From Candidatus Latescibacterota bacterium (GTDB lineage Bacteria; Latescibacterota; UBA2968; GCA-2709665), in the NCBI GenBank assembly GCA_965248435.1, contig OZ252100.1, forward strand, positions 5,152,001-5,216,000: 64,000 nucleotides of DNA, given 5' to 3'. Each line of letters opens with the position of its first letter. Positions within the stretch are counted from its first letter, which is position 1. A program made the translations under genes and the position numbers. The notes beneath the pieces were generated by a model, which saw nothing but the letters and a program-made list of their open reading frames with translations, did not search any database and was not told where the DNA came from. Positions 9,622 to 19,022 of this stretch are shown piece by piece.

Positions 9622-10534
9622 TGGACGCCAAAGAACGCTACCTCTGGGATTTGAACGGGCACCTGATTGTCTGCAACGTCCTCAGCGAGGAGGATCTCAA
9701 AGCCGCAAACGATGCCATCGACTTCTGCGCCGACCGCATCGTGCCGGGCGATGAAAACCGCCTTTCCAGAGGCTCCACGTTCTGCAGGGCCTGGGGCGTC
9801 CCGGATTGCAGGGCACCAACCTGCTCGACATCGAAAAACCATACTGCGACATCTTCCGCAAACTGCTCGTCCACCCCGCCGTCATCTCCCGCCTGAAAGT
9901 CATGTGCGGCACAGGCTTCCGTCTCGACCACGGCCCCCAGTTTATCGGCGGTATCAAAGGCACCTCCGGGCACGCCCTCCACGGCTCCGGAGCCCCCCAC
10001 AAACCCTACGTGGCCTATCGCAACCGGAACGGTGAAATGCACTGCGCCGGCGTCACCGTCTCCTGGCAACTGGTCGAAGTGCCTGAAGGCAAAGGCGGGT
10101 TCGCCTGCGTGCCCGGCTCTCACAAATCCGACTTCGACATGCCCGAAGGCGTGCGCACCGTGGACGACGACATGGGCACCTCCATCAACCCCGAAGCCCA
10201 CCCCGGCGACGTTGTCTTCTTTATGGACGGGGCTCAGACCCACGGCACATATCCCTGGGTGAACGACCACGAGCGCCGTTCCATCCTTTACAAATTCGCC
10301 TCCCGTACCGCCGTTCGCTCAGGTGTCTCCGTCCAGATTGCTCCCCCGGAGATCTACTGGGATGAAAACATCGTCGACGGCATGACGCCGGAAGAGCGTG
10401 CTGTCATGTATGGCCCCTGCTCGGGCCACGGAGGCGTCGTCCCCTCCCTCGATGTCACAGAAGACGGCACCGTCATCGTGGAAGGTGGAGACGAGACCAA
10501 AGCACCCCCGACGCCTGATGGACCTCCGCAATGA
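9621..10534 (+). pseudogene. Second PhyH-family gene, frameshifted near 9782
   Basis: ATG 9621 (TAATG overlap) gives MDAKERYLWDLNGHLIV..., paralogous to the upstream gene; homology continues in the 9806-10534 frame (LHGSG, VPGSHK, PGDVVFF..HG). Confidence 0.8.
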
Positions 10535-10646
10535 CGGTCACAGGGAAGCCACTCGGGCGGGGTAGAGCTATCCTGATTACACAGCCTCCCGCTTAATCCC
10601 TCTCTGTTTCCCCATTTACATAACATCCAGTTCTGACTCAACCTCC

Positions 10647-10689
10647 TGGCACCCTCTTTGCCTGTCTGTAATGCAAAAGGAGGGTGCCA
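10647..10689 (+). promoter_or_regulatory. Sigma54-type -24/-12 sequence inside an inverted repeat
   Basis: TGGCAC-CCTCT-TTGC (GG-N10-GC) with mirrored GCAAAAGGAGGGTGCCA. Confidence 0.45.
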
Positions 10690-10854
10690 ATGTTTTGCCC
10701 GGAAGAACTACGACGCCAGACTGATTGAAGACTTGGAGCGGGCTTGTGACAATGGTCACTTATTTTGGTAGCATGGTTTTGCATCCTGTCTATATTGAGA
10801 AATCCGGCCTCAGTTCATAAGTGACCCCAACCCTACAGGACGGAGGAACCAGCC

Positions 10855-12393
10855 ATGCGATACTCTCGACTTAAGTGGGTTTTGCCCATCGTAGTCTGCA
10901 CTTTGGCCGTTGTGACATCTGCTTATGCTCAGGTAAGAAGGGCGCCTCCGCCTCCGGGTAGACAGACACAGCAGGACTCTGTTACCGAGATCAAAGAGTT
11001 GAAACGCCAGATTGACCAACTGATGGGTAAACTCCCCCCCAACGTACAGGACGAGCTTGAAAAGGAACTGGCACAACCTCCTGGACCGCTCTCTCGCGGG
11101 CAGCCCCCTCAGACAGGCCGACCGCTGCCGTCGGACCAAGAGGCGGTGAAGCGTAAGATCCTTACGCTGAAGGATGAGATGGACAAACTGATGAGCAAGC
11201 TGCCACCGCGCACACAGGCCGAGCTCAAGCAGGAGCTGGCACAACCTCCGGAATCACCCCAGAAACCGGGTAGACCACAGCCGGGCCGAGGATCTCCACA
11301 GCTCGGAGGAACGCAGCTGGCTCCGCCACGGCCTGGTGCCCCGCAGCCAGGTTCACAGCAGCAACCCGGAGCTCCGCCGATTGGCGGAACTCAGCCCGGT
11401 CTGCCACAGCCTGGCCATGGTTCCCCCCAGTTCGGCAGACCTCAGCCGGGCCCACCTCAGCCGGGTACAAAGCATGCCGGTCCACCCGGAAAATCCCAGC
11501 CAGGTGCCCAGCGGCCTGGTGTGACGGAGGCCGGTCCACCCAGGCCCGGCGTCCAACCGTCTGGACCCCAGCCGGCGCCTCAGCAGCCTCCACCCCAGAA
11601 AACGGGCGTCCAACCGTCTGGACAACCCGCCCTCCTGATCGACGAGGAGTGCGCGTTCGTGAGCAGCACCTCGATGGGGGAAGTCCCCCCCAGAAGTAAT
11701 GTGGTCCCGCCACTCACGGTCGAGGTGGAGGGGGGCAGGATCCCCAACAAACTATTCCGGTGGATCGAGGACTCTTTTGCCGGCAGCGGAGTCGCGACCA
11801 GATCGGGTGAGATCCACATCATCCGCATCTCAGACTACGAATCGATGGCCGTCCGCGAATTCCAGAACGCCCACATCTCGAGCGTCACCTTTTCCGCGCT
11901 GGACGCCAATAGCCTCGATCCAACCCGCATCACGGTTGCTTTCAACCCTGAGAGCATCGTCAATAAGGCGGGCACCGGCAAGACCTCCAGTCCGCCAGGG
12001 TGGCCAGGGCAGAAAGGTAGGACATACTTTCGCGTGACCTTGGATGGGTTACCAACCAGCCACGTGTCACGGATCGAGTCGTTCGCCTGGAGTCGAGACT
12101 TGGATGGGAACACGGTCACGGTCCCGGAGCTCGAGCTGACCATCTCAATGATCGACTATGATGTCTACTTGGAAAAATTCGAAGCGTTTGTGATCTCCGG
12201 TAACCTTGGGACCGAACAGGAACTTGCCGGCAGTCTGGAACTCCTCGCCGGTAATCTTAAGACCGTTCTGGCCACTATTGAGCTGGGGGGCGTCACGCCC
12301 GTCTCCATCGACATCGGCAAATTTGAGGCGAGCAAGGAAGCAATGGCCCGCTTCAAGGTCCGTCTCAATGTCGGTAGCATGCGGTTCAAATAG
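10855..12393 (+). CDS. Secreted protein: signal peptide, duplicated helical repeat, Pro/Gln/Gly linker, tandem phage-tail-tube-like domains
   Basis: AYA-Q signal cleavage; LFRWIEDSF..RSGEI..REFQNAHISSVTFSALDA..FNPE and FRVTLDGL..VSRIESF..PELELTI..FVISGN..GSLELL pattern of gp19-like double-domain tube proteins. Confidence 0.7.
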   Translation: MRYSRLKWVLPIVVCTLAVVTSAYAQVRRAPPPPGRQTQQDSVTEIKELKRQIDQLMGKLPPNVQDELEKELAQPPGPLSRGQPPQTGRPLPSDQEAVKRKILTLKDEMDKLMSKLPPRTQAELKQELAQPPESPQKPGRPQPGRGSPQLGGTQLAPPRPGAPQPGSQQQPGAPPIGGTQPGLPQPGHGSPQFGRPQPGPPQPGTKHAGPPGKSQPGAQRPGVTEAGPPRPGVQPSGPQPAPQQPPPQKTGVQPSGQPALLIDEECAFVSSTSMGEVPPRSNVVPPLTVEVEGGRIPNKLFRWIEDSFAGSGVATRSGEIHIIRISDYESMAVREFQNAHISSVTFSALDANSLDPTRITVAFNPESIVNKAGTGKTSSPPGWPGQKGRTYFRVTLDGLPTSHVSRIESFAWSRDLDGNTVTVPELELTISMIDYDVYLEKFEAFVISGNLGTEQELAGSLELLAGNLKTVLATIELGGVTPVSIDIGKFEASKEAMARFKVRLNVGSMRFK

Positions 12394-12625
12394 CCTGAAT
12401 CCAACGGAGACAACAACCAGAGCAGCAGCATCAGACTAGACCCTAGAATCCAGCCGGGACGAGAATCCCAATGAAAGGCGGCGGGACAGAATCTTCTCCT
12501 CACCTTCAAATCGGCCTGTAGGACGGACTTCCATTTGGCCTGGCAAACACATCTCGCGCTGGCCTCCCACCAGCCCGCCTGGAGGTTCTTGACTCACCAT
12601 ATTCAGTTGTCAAAGAGCAGATCCG

Positions 12626-12688
12626 CGGTATACCACTTCGGCCCGTTCGGTGTTCACGCACCGGCGGGCCTTTCTCTTTGCTTAGATT
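12626..12688 (+). repeat. 63-bp terminator-containing direct repeat, copy A
   Basis: CGGTATACC..GGCCCG.TCGGTG-TTCACG-CACCGGCGGGCC-TTTCTCTTT; 4 mismatches versus copy B. Confidence 0.9.
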
Positions 12689-12814
12689 CGCCACTTCTTC
12701 TGGGCTCTGGAATCACTATATTGAGTGATCACTGTCACGTGCTTTTTTGGTTTAAATGCGTAAACTAAACGTGCTTTCCGAGTCTTGCAGGAAACCCAAA
12801 AGGAGGAACATGCC

Positions 12815-13729
12815 ATGCGAACCCATAAATTACCCTTGGTCTTGACCCTTACGATTCTCCCTTTAATCATTTCCACACCAAGCAAAGCAGCCGACTTACG
12901 AACAGACCGATACGAACAAAAAGCAGTTCTGTTGATTGGGGGCCAAGATCCAAACGCAATCCGTGTTAATCTGGGGGAAAAGGTGCAAACCAGGTCCTCT
13001 GGGCAGCGTGTTGTGGAAACAAACCAGGGCCGGCTGCTTGATTTCAGCGTTTATATCGATCTAACATTCCCTACATCATCACTATCCAGTTGGATACATG
13101 AATCGGTTACCAAAGGAGTCGCCAGCACAAGGCTTGTCGAGCTCACAAGTTATGACCCCGCTTTGGGTAAAATGCGTCAGGATGTGTTCCCCAGCAACTA
13201 TGTCATCTCGCGGGTTATCTTCCCCATGTTAAACGCTAAGAGCAGCTCCCAAGCCGAAATGTCGGTCCAGATCATCCCCAGCGGTCTCCCGTTAGGCTCA
13301 GGAGGGGGAGGGGGATCTACTGGGCGTGTTGAACATAAAACCCAGACGCTGATTAGTGAGAGAGACTTCAGTGTGGAAAACAACATCGGTCTGCCTGAGG
13401 ACGTGCAAGTCCAAGCCGTTAGCCATCTGACCTGGCAGAAGGAAGGTGGCCAGGTCCAGATTTCACCGGTTCAATTGACACTACTCTTGACCAAAGACGT
13501 TGCAAAGGCCTTCTCTGACCTCATGACGAAAGTTCGCATAGGTGGCTTGCTGCGAGGTAGCATTACCCTGCATCTGATGAACCCGATGACCAGGTTGCCG
13601 ATGTATTCGATCGAGCTGCATAATCTGACGCTTGTTTCATTCCAGCAGTCTCAATTGATGGATCGATCCGGTCTCCTCTCCGGTGAGATGGTAATAAAAC
13701 CCGCACAGGTCATTTTTACTTCCCGTTGA
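12815..13729 (+). CDS. Secreted protein, divergent tandem tail-tube-like fold
   Basis: GGAGG RBS, signal peptide (..STPSKA-ADL); LSSWIHES..STRLVEL..VISRVIFPMLNAKS and GSITLHL..SIELHNL echo the upstream protein. Confidence 0.5.
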   Translation: MRTHKLPLVLTLTILPLIISTPSKAADLRTDRYEQKAVLLIGGQDPNAIRVNLGEKVQTRSSGQRVVETNQGRLLDFSVYIDLTFPTSSLSSWIHESVTKGVASTRLVELTSYDPALGKMRQDVFPSNYVISRVIFPMLNAKSSSQAEMSVQIIPSGLPLGSGGGGGSTGRVEHKTQTLISERDFSVENNIGLPEDVQVQAVSHLTWQKEGGQVQISPVQLTLLLTKDVAKAFSDLMTKVRIGGLLRGSITLHLMNPMTRLPMYSIELHNLTLVSFQQSQLMDRSGLLSGEMVIKPAQVIFTSR

Positions 13730-13756
13730 TTCGGTAGTCCATGGGCAGATGGGCAT

Positions 13757-13819
13757 CGGTATACCGCTTAGGCCCGCTCGGTGTTCACGCACCGGCGGGC
13801 CTTTCTCTTTGCTTAAATT
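13757..13819 (+). repeat. 63-bp terminator-containing direct repeat, copy B
   Basis: Near-identical to 12626-12688. Confidence 0.9.
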
Positions 13820-13891
13820 TTCGGAAAGGGACAGGCGGGAGGGTGCGGTTCAGGTGAAAATGGCGCTACTGGCCGTGGAGGAGGATAATAT

Positions 13892-13920
13892 TTGACATTG
13901 CGCCGAGACGGTGGTAAATA
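13892..13920 (+). promoter_or_regulatory. Possible sigma70 promoter for the cupin gene
   Basis: TTGACA-N17-TAAATA. Confidence 0.4.
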
Positions 13921-13980
13921 AATCTCACAGAGTAAGTGATGTCATGCGTGGACCAGAACAAACAGAGGGGAGGACTAAGC

Positions 13981-14355
13981 GTGAACCGCCTAATTACAAT
14001 GAGCACCCTGCTAACCAGTCTGACCTTGATCTGTGCTCCTAAGTCAGCAACAGCTCAAGATCCGGCAAAGGCGTCACCAACCAATTATAAGGTCGTGTTG
14101 GAGAATGATCGTGTTCGAGTTCTGGAGATGAGACTTCATCCTGGGGAAAAGGATAACAAGCACTCACACCCGTCTGAGATTGTTTATTTCGTTCACCCGG
14201 CCAAGGTGAAAATCACGCTTCCAGATGGAGAAACCATAGATGCGGAACTCAAGAAAGGTCACGTGATGTTTCACGATGCGTGGACACACACAGTACAAAA
14301 TGTAGGCACAGAGGAACTACTTGCGATTATCGTGGAGTTAAAGGAGATGCCGTAG
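13981..14355 (+). CDS. Secreted cupin-domain protein
   Basis: Signal peptide (ATA-QD), YKVVLENDRVRVLE..PGEK..HSHP..HTVQNVG. Confidence 0.85.
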   Translation: MNRLITMSTLLTSLTLICAPKSATAQDPAKASPTNYKVVLENDRVRVLEMRLHPGEKDNKHSHPSEIVYFVHPAKVKITLPDGETIDAELKKGHVMFHDAWTHTVQNVGTEELLAIIVELKEMP

Positions 14356-14612
14356 GGATCTTTCTGGATTTTGCTGTTGGATGACAATTCGAGAGTGAAC
14401 CCCCAGTGGGGGAACAAAACCAGAGTCTTCCGATATGACTTGACAGGCCTATTCAGGCAGTTGCAAATTACCCCTCGGCGGCGTCCCTTTGTATGGAATC
14501 TGTGGTGGTGCATATTGGGGACTGCCGAATGTAAGAACTCTTGAAACCCAGACGGTGTCCCTGATGTCGGGATGTCTTCTGGGTTCTTCGTCTTTACAGG
14601 GAAACTAAAAGT

Positions 14613-15629
14613 TTGACCGAAACCATTCTCGCTGACGGATACCCCGCCCTGAGCGCAGAGGTCACCCGTCTCCTCCAGGAGGGAAAGGTGCGAGCGGTCG
14701 CGGCGGTGGAGCGTGAAACGCTGGTGACCTATCACGGGATCGGGCGCGTGGTGAGCGAGTACCTGCTGGCGCACCCCGCGGGCTACGGCGAGCAGACGAT
14801 GACGCGACTTGCGTCAGACGCAGGGCTTAGCAGGTCTATAATTTACGAAGCCGTTGATTTTTATAGATTTAGACCAAAATTCCATGCGCGTGGAAAATTG
14901 GTCTGGACGCATTATCGAGCCCTCCTCAGGCTGCCGACGGACGCGGAGCGTGACGCGGGTGAGGCAGCGGCCCTGAAGCACTCCTGGAGCGTGCGCGAGC
15001 TGGAGGCGCAGATCAGGGCAGGGGCGATCGCGCCCGCTGCCCGGGCGTCTCGCGAGGTCGCGCCGACCCATCCCCTCGCAGCGCTTCGCGGGCAGTTTTA
15101 CACCTACAAGCTGATCGAGGGGAGCGAACCCGGTGATGGGTTACGGTTGGACCTGGGATTCGGGATACAGCTCGCCTGGCCGATTCCGGAAGAGGAGAGG
15201 TATAGAGCGGGGCAATTCGTGACCGCGTCGCGCGAAGCAGATGAGGCCTACTGCTTCGTTCAGGTCACCGACCGGACCGCCGCGTTCTACACGTATCGAG
15301 CGAAAGTCCTCAGGGTGATCGACGGAGATACGGTCTGGCTGGACATCGACTGCGGGTTCAGGGTGTGGACGCGCCAGAAGGTGCGCCTCCGGGGCATCGA
15401 TACTCCGGAGATCGAGACCGCGGAAGGCGTCCAGGCGCGAGACTTTGTCGTGGACGCGCTGAAGGGCCTGCCGTTCGTCGCGGTCACCACGACGAAGCCG
15501 GACAAGTACGATCGATACCTGGCCGATCTGTTCTACCTGGCTGGAGAAGAGGACAAAGAGGGGGTGCTCAAGGAAGGGGCATTTCTGAATCGCGAGCTCG
15601 TGCAGGCGGGGTTCGCCAGGAGAGTCTAG
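14613..15629 (+). CDS. DUF1016/YhcG N-terminal domain fused to a thermonuclease (SNase) domain
   Basis: YxxIG..YG..L.WTHYRxLL..WSVRELExQI (YhcG-N) then RVIDGDTV..VRLRGIDTPE..DKYDRYLA..LNRELV (SNase). Confidence 0.85.
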   Translation: MTETILADGYPALSAEVTRLLQEGKVRAVAAVERETLVTYHGIGRVVSEYLLAHPAGYGEQTMTRLASDAGLSRSIIYEAVDFYRFRPKFHARGKLVWTHYRALLRLPTDAERDAGEAAALKHSWSVRELEAQIRAGAIAPAARASREVAPTHPLAALRGQFYTYKLIEGSEPGDGLRLDLGFGIQLAWPIPEEERYRAGQFVTASREADEAYCFVQVTDRTAAFYTYRAKVLRVIDGDTVWLDIDCGFRVWTRQKVRLRGIDTPEIETAEGVQARDFVVDALKGLPFVAVTTTKPDKYDRYLADLFYLAGEEDKEGVLKEGAFLNRELVQAGFARRV

Positions 15630-15639
15630 ACAAGCTTCT

Positions 15640-15704
15640 TTCTTTGGCGATTGCGTAACTGCTACTATTTTGCTACCGTTTGGATGACTTGATGCGGACT
15701 CAAC
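15640..15704 (+). repeat. tRNA-Leu-linked repeat copy 3 (arm only)
   Basis: ATTGCGTAACTGCTACTATTTTGCTACCGTTTGGATGACTTGATGCGGACTCAAC aligns with 8422-8477. Confidence 0.85.
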
Positions 15705-15743
15705 CCCATGGCAAATGCCTACACACATCAGTGTGGTATCCCG

Positions 15744-16556
15744 ATGCGACTCATGTATGCGTTCTCAGTGCTGATTGCTGGCCTTTTGATTTCTTGCGAA
15801 GGCAAACAGGGACCGACGGGTCCAGAAAATCTCACTTTCGCTGATCTGAATCTTGAGGCGGCCGTTCGGGCCTCGATCTCGCAGCCAACAGGAGATATCC
15901 TATCATCGGACGTCTCTGGACTTACCAGTCTAAATGCTAGTAGCAGAGGCATCGTGAGCCTGGATGGGATCGAAAACCTCACCGTGCTGGACTCGCTCAA
16001 TCTCCTTAACAATCAGATCAGCGAACTGTCCGCATTGTCAGGCCTTACCTCACTGAAGAGTCTCGATCTTGGTATCAATCAGATCAGCGAACTGTCCGCA
16101 TTGTCAGGCCTTACCTCACTGAAGAGTCTCGATCTTGGTATCAATGAGATCAGCGACATCTCTGCGCTGTCAGGCCTCACCTCGCTGGGGTCGCTCTATC
16201 TCTTTAACAATCAGATCAGCGAACTGTCCGCATTATCAGGCCTCACCGGGCTCAGGGATCTCCGTCTGTTCAACAACGAGATCAGCGACATCTCAGCGTT
16301 GTCGAGCCTCACCTCGCTGGAGATTCTCTATCTGAATAAGAACGAGATCAGTGACATCTCTGCGTTGTCAGGTCTCACCGCGCTGGAGGTTCTCAGTATC
16401 GAGACCAATGAGATCAGCGATATCTCAGGACTCGTCAACAACGAGGGACTCGGCTCAGGAGATTTGGTGGGCCTATCTCCTAACCCTCTGAGCGAGGAGG
16501 CGCTATCGGTTCAAATCCCGGCACTCAAGGCACGGGGGGTGACGGTTATCAATTAG
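15744..16556 (+). CDS. Internalin-like leucine-rich-repeat lipoprotein
   Basis: LLISC lipobox; 22-aa NQISELSALSGLTSLxxLxL repeats; exact 66-bp duplication 16011-16076/16077-16142. Confidence 0.9.
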   Translation: MRLMYAFSVLIAGLLISCEGKQGPTGPENLTFADLNLEAAVRASISQPTGDILSSDVSGLTSLNASSRGIVSLDGIENLTVLDSLNLLNNQISELSALSGLTSLKSLDLGINQISELSALSGLTSLKSLDLGINEISDISALSGLTSLGSLYLFNNQISELSALSGLTGLRDLRLFNNEISDISALSSLTSLEILYLNKNEISDISALSGLTALEVLSIETNEISDISGLVNNEGLGSGDLVGLSPNPLSEEALSVQIPALKARGVTVIN

Positions 16557-16638
16557 GATTCCCACTTTTGCCAAGAGGCACGATGGATGAAGGTCGATCC
16601 CACCCGATCCTGGCGGCCTGCTCAGGTCTGGAGGACCT

Positions 16639-17364
16639 ATGCCAGAAAACGAAATAAGATTGGGAAAGCTGACTCGAAGGGAATTCCGAGAAGCGCACGA
16701 GGCGGGGCGTTTCAGCTCGGCGATCATCCCCACGGGATCCCTGGAGCAACACCTTGAACACCTGGCGATGGAGCACGATACGGCCTCCGCGTGCACCATC
16801 GCAGAGGAAGTCGCAAAGCGACTCTATCCCCAGGTCGTGGTCTGCGCCCCGTTGATGGTCGGGGTATCGGAGCACCACATGGCCCACAAGGGGACGATAT
16901 CGATCAAGGTGTCGACTTTCCTGGGCGTCCTGTTCGATACCGTCGAGAGCCTGGTAAGACACGGCGTGAGGAACATCCTCATCCTGAACGCGCACGGCGG
17001 TAACGTCGGCCCGATAGAAAGCGCGCTCCGGCAGTGGTTGCTCCATTTTCAGCTGACATCCCGAGAAGTGAATCTCCAGTTCTGTTCATACTGGGACCTT
17101 CTGGACGAAGCGTTCACGAGTCGACACCTGGAAACCAGGTCCTTCCCGGGCCACGCGACGGAGTTTGAAACCGCCTTCGCACTGGCGGCGAATCCCGAGA
17201 ACGTGCGCCTGGACGCCGTGGCAGGCCAGGATGTGGAGGGACCCGCCGAAGCGACTGCAGAGAAGGGCAGGGCCCTCGTGGAAGAGTCTGTACGCCGGGT
17301 GACGGCATTCGTGTCTGAGATGATTGACGGCAGGATTCAGGCGGAAGCGTTGAAGCACCACTAG
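16639..17364 (+). CDS. Creatininase/amidohydrolase-family protein
   Basis: PTGSLEQH..HL..D, GVSEHH, NAHGGN, GHATEFET. Confidence 0.9.
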   Translation: MPENEIRLGKLTRREFREAHEAGRFSSAIIPTGSLEQHLEHLAMEHDTASACTIAEEVAKRLYPQVVVCAPLMVGVSEHHMAHKGTISIKVSTFLGVLFDTVESLVRHGVRNILILNAHGGNVGPIESALRQWLLHFQLTSREVNLQFCSYWDLLDEAFTSRHLETRSFPGHATEFETAFALAANPENVRLDAVAGQDVEGPAEATAEKGRALVEESVRRVTAFVSEMIDGRIQAEALKHH

Positions 17365-17399
17365 AGACCCTCCTTCCTTTTCGCAGCGAGGCAAAAGCA

Positions 17400-18506
17400 A
17401 TGAAAATCAACCGTGTCGATCTCTACGAAGTGGACGTGCCCGACCGTCCCTGGGCCTGGTCGGACGAGGTGTTCGGAATGCCGGCCCACCGGAAACACAC
17501 GATTCTTTTTCTCGTGGTCCGCACCGACGCCGGGGTAGACGGACTGGGTGAGGTGCCCCTGACGTTCGGCCGGGAGCTGGTGGAAGCGGAGGTGGCCGGG
17601 TGGGTGGGACGCGATCCGCTCAGCCTAGACCTCGCGGCCGCGACTTCGATGTCTGAACCCGACGCGGCATCTGTCGCGATACGGCGCGCCCTGGAATGTG
17701 CGGTCCTGGACATCAGGGGCAAGGTGCAGGGCTGTCCGGTGTCGGACCTGCTGGGCGGGGCGGTGCGCGAGCGGATACCGGTCTCTCTCTGCACGGGATA
17801 CAAGACGGTCGAGAACACGGCCAGGGATGCGGTGTGGGGCTGGGAGCAGGGGTTCCGTACCTATAAGATGAAGTGTATCGTGGAGGAGGAACTCCCCGAT
17901 CTGAGGGATCGGGTGGCCTATGTCGCCGACCGGGTGGAGGCGATCCATCGCGAGGTCCCGGAGATGGCGGTGCGCCCCGACATCCGCCGCCGTCTGAAAG
18001 AGGTCTGGGCAGCCGAGGAGCTGGCCCGGCGGCTGGAGGGACACTGCGTGGACTGTCTGGAGAGCCCGATCACGACCGGGGCGGAGGACGGCACGTTTTC
18101 GGAGTGGCGCCGCCTGCGAGGGCTCATTTCGTTCCCGATCGCCGAACACGCAGCGGAGGACCTCGCGCGGACCATGCGGTCGGCGGATGCCGTGGACTAC
18201 GTGATCATCAGCGCACATACGGCCGCAGAGAAGGTCCGCACGGCCGCGACCGTGGAGACGCTCGGGCTTCAGGCTTGGGTCCAGTCCATAGGGCTGGGGG
18301 TGGACAACGCCCTTGCCCTGCACCTGTGCGCCGCCGGAAAGAGTCTGACCCGTCCCAACGACATCGTCGGCCTCTGGGCCAAGGAAGACGACTGCGTGCG
18401 GGAGGCGTTCTCCGTAGAGGAAGGCACGGTCGCCGCGCCCGGGGGACCCGGCCTGGGGGTGACCCTGGACATGGAGGCCGTGGAACGATACGCAGTGGGC
18501 CGATGA
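17400..18506 (+). CDS. Mandelate racemase/muconate-lactonizing (enolase superfamily) enzyme
   Basis: GLGE, ALECAVLDIRGK..LLGG..R, KxK, ESP, PxGPGLGV. Confidence 0.88.
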   Translation: MKINRVDLYEVDVPDRPWAWSDEVFGMPAHRKHTILFLVVRTDAGVDGLGEVPLTFGRELVEAEVAGWVGRDPLSLDLAAATSMSEPDAASVAIRRALECAVLDIRGKVQGCPVSDLLGGAVRERIPVSLCTGYKTVENTARDAVWGWEQGFRTYKMKCIVEEELPDLRDRVAYVADRVEAIHREVPEMAVRPDIRRRLKEVWAAEELARRLEGHCVDCLESPITTGAEDGTFSEWRRLRGLISFPIAEHAAEDLARTMRSADAVDYVIISAHTAAEKVRTAATVETLGLQAWVQSIGLGVDNALALHLCAAGKSLTRPNDIVGLWAKEDDCVREAFSVEEGTVAAPGGPGLGVTLDMEAVERYAVGR

Positions 18507-18521
18507 AGGGGGCGACGAGTT

Positions 18522-18614
18522 GGTTCGAATCCCCGCTTCGGGACCCATGAAAAAACAAAGGGTTACGTCATTGAGACGTAACCCCTTTTTAGTGCCAATT
18601 GCGCCACTGCTACC
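18522..18614 (+). repeat. tRNA-Leu-linked repeat copy 4 (20 bp tRNA part + terminator + partial arm)
   Basis: GGTTCGAATCCCCGCTTCGG then AAAGGGTTACGTC..GACGTAACCCCTTTTT..AATTGCGCCACTGCTACC. Confidence 0.9.
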
Positions 18615-18632
18615 GGCATACCGGAGACCGCG

Positions 18633-19022
18633 CTAACGCGATTCGTCCTCAGTGTCAAAATGGGCCGGCATGGTGATCTCGATGACCTCCCAGTCATCGG
18701 AATACTCCAGTACCTCGTGCTTGACCCCGGGCGGCTGATACCAGGCGTCGCCGGACTCCACACGGATCTCACCGATGTCTTCGAAGTAGAGCTGTGCCCA
18801 GCCCTTGATCATGTAGACCATCTGGAAGTCCAGATCGTGGGAGTGATAGCCAATCGGGCCCTTGCAGGGTTGGTCGGCGCGAATGATGTGCGCCAACACC
18901 TTGCCTCCCGTGGCGTCCCTGATCCCCAGGTCGCGGTAGCCGAAGTAGGGCCGCAGACCGTCCTTGACCCACTGGGCATCCTTTGCGTGCGCCGCAAACG
19001 TTTTGGTCGTTTTCTCGGTCAT
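18633..19022 (-). CDS. Cupin-domain protein
   Basis: GLRxYFxYRDLGI, HxHxLDFQMVY..GW, GDxWYQPPGVKH. Confidence 0.88.
   Translation of the reverse strand: MTEKTTKTFAAHAKDAQWVKDGLRPYFGYRDLGIRDATGGKVLAHIIRADQPCKGPIGYHSHDLDFQMVYMIKGWAQLYFEDIGEIRVESGDAWYQPPGVKHEVLEYSDDWEVIEITMPAHFDTEDESR

Noticed and set aside
10855-13729. Prophage or complete contractile injection system
   Set aside because: No sheath, baseplate, spike, capsid, terminase or lysis genes in the window
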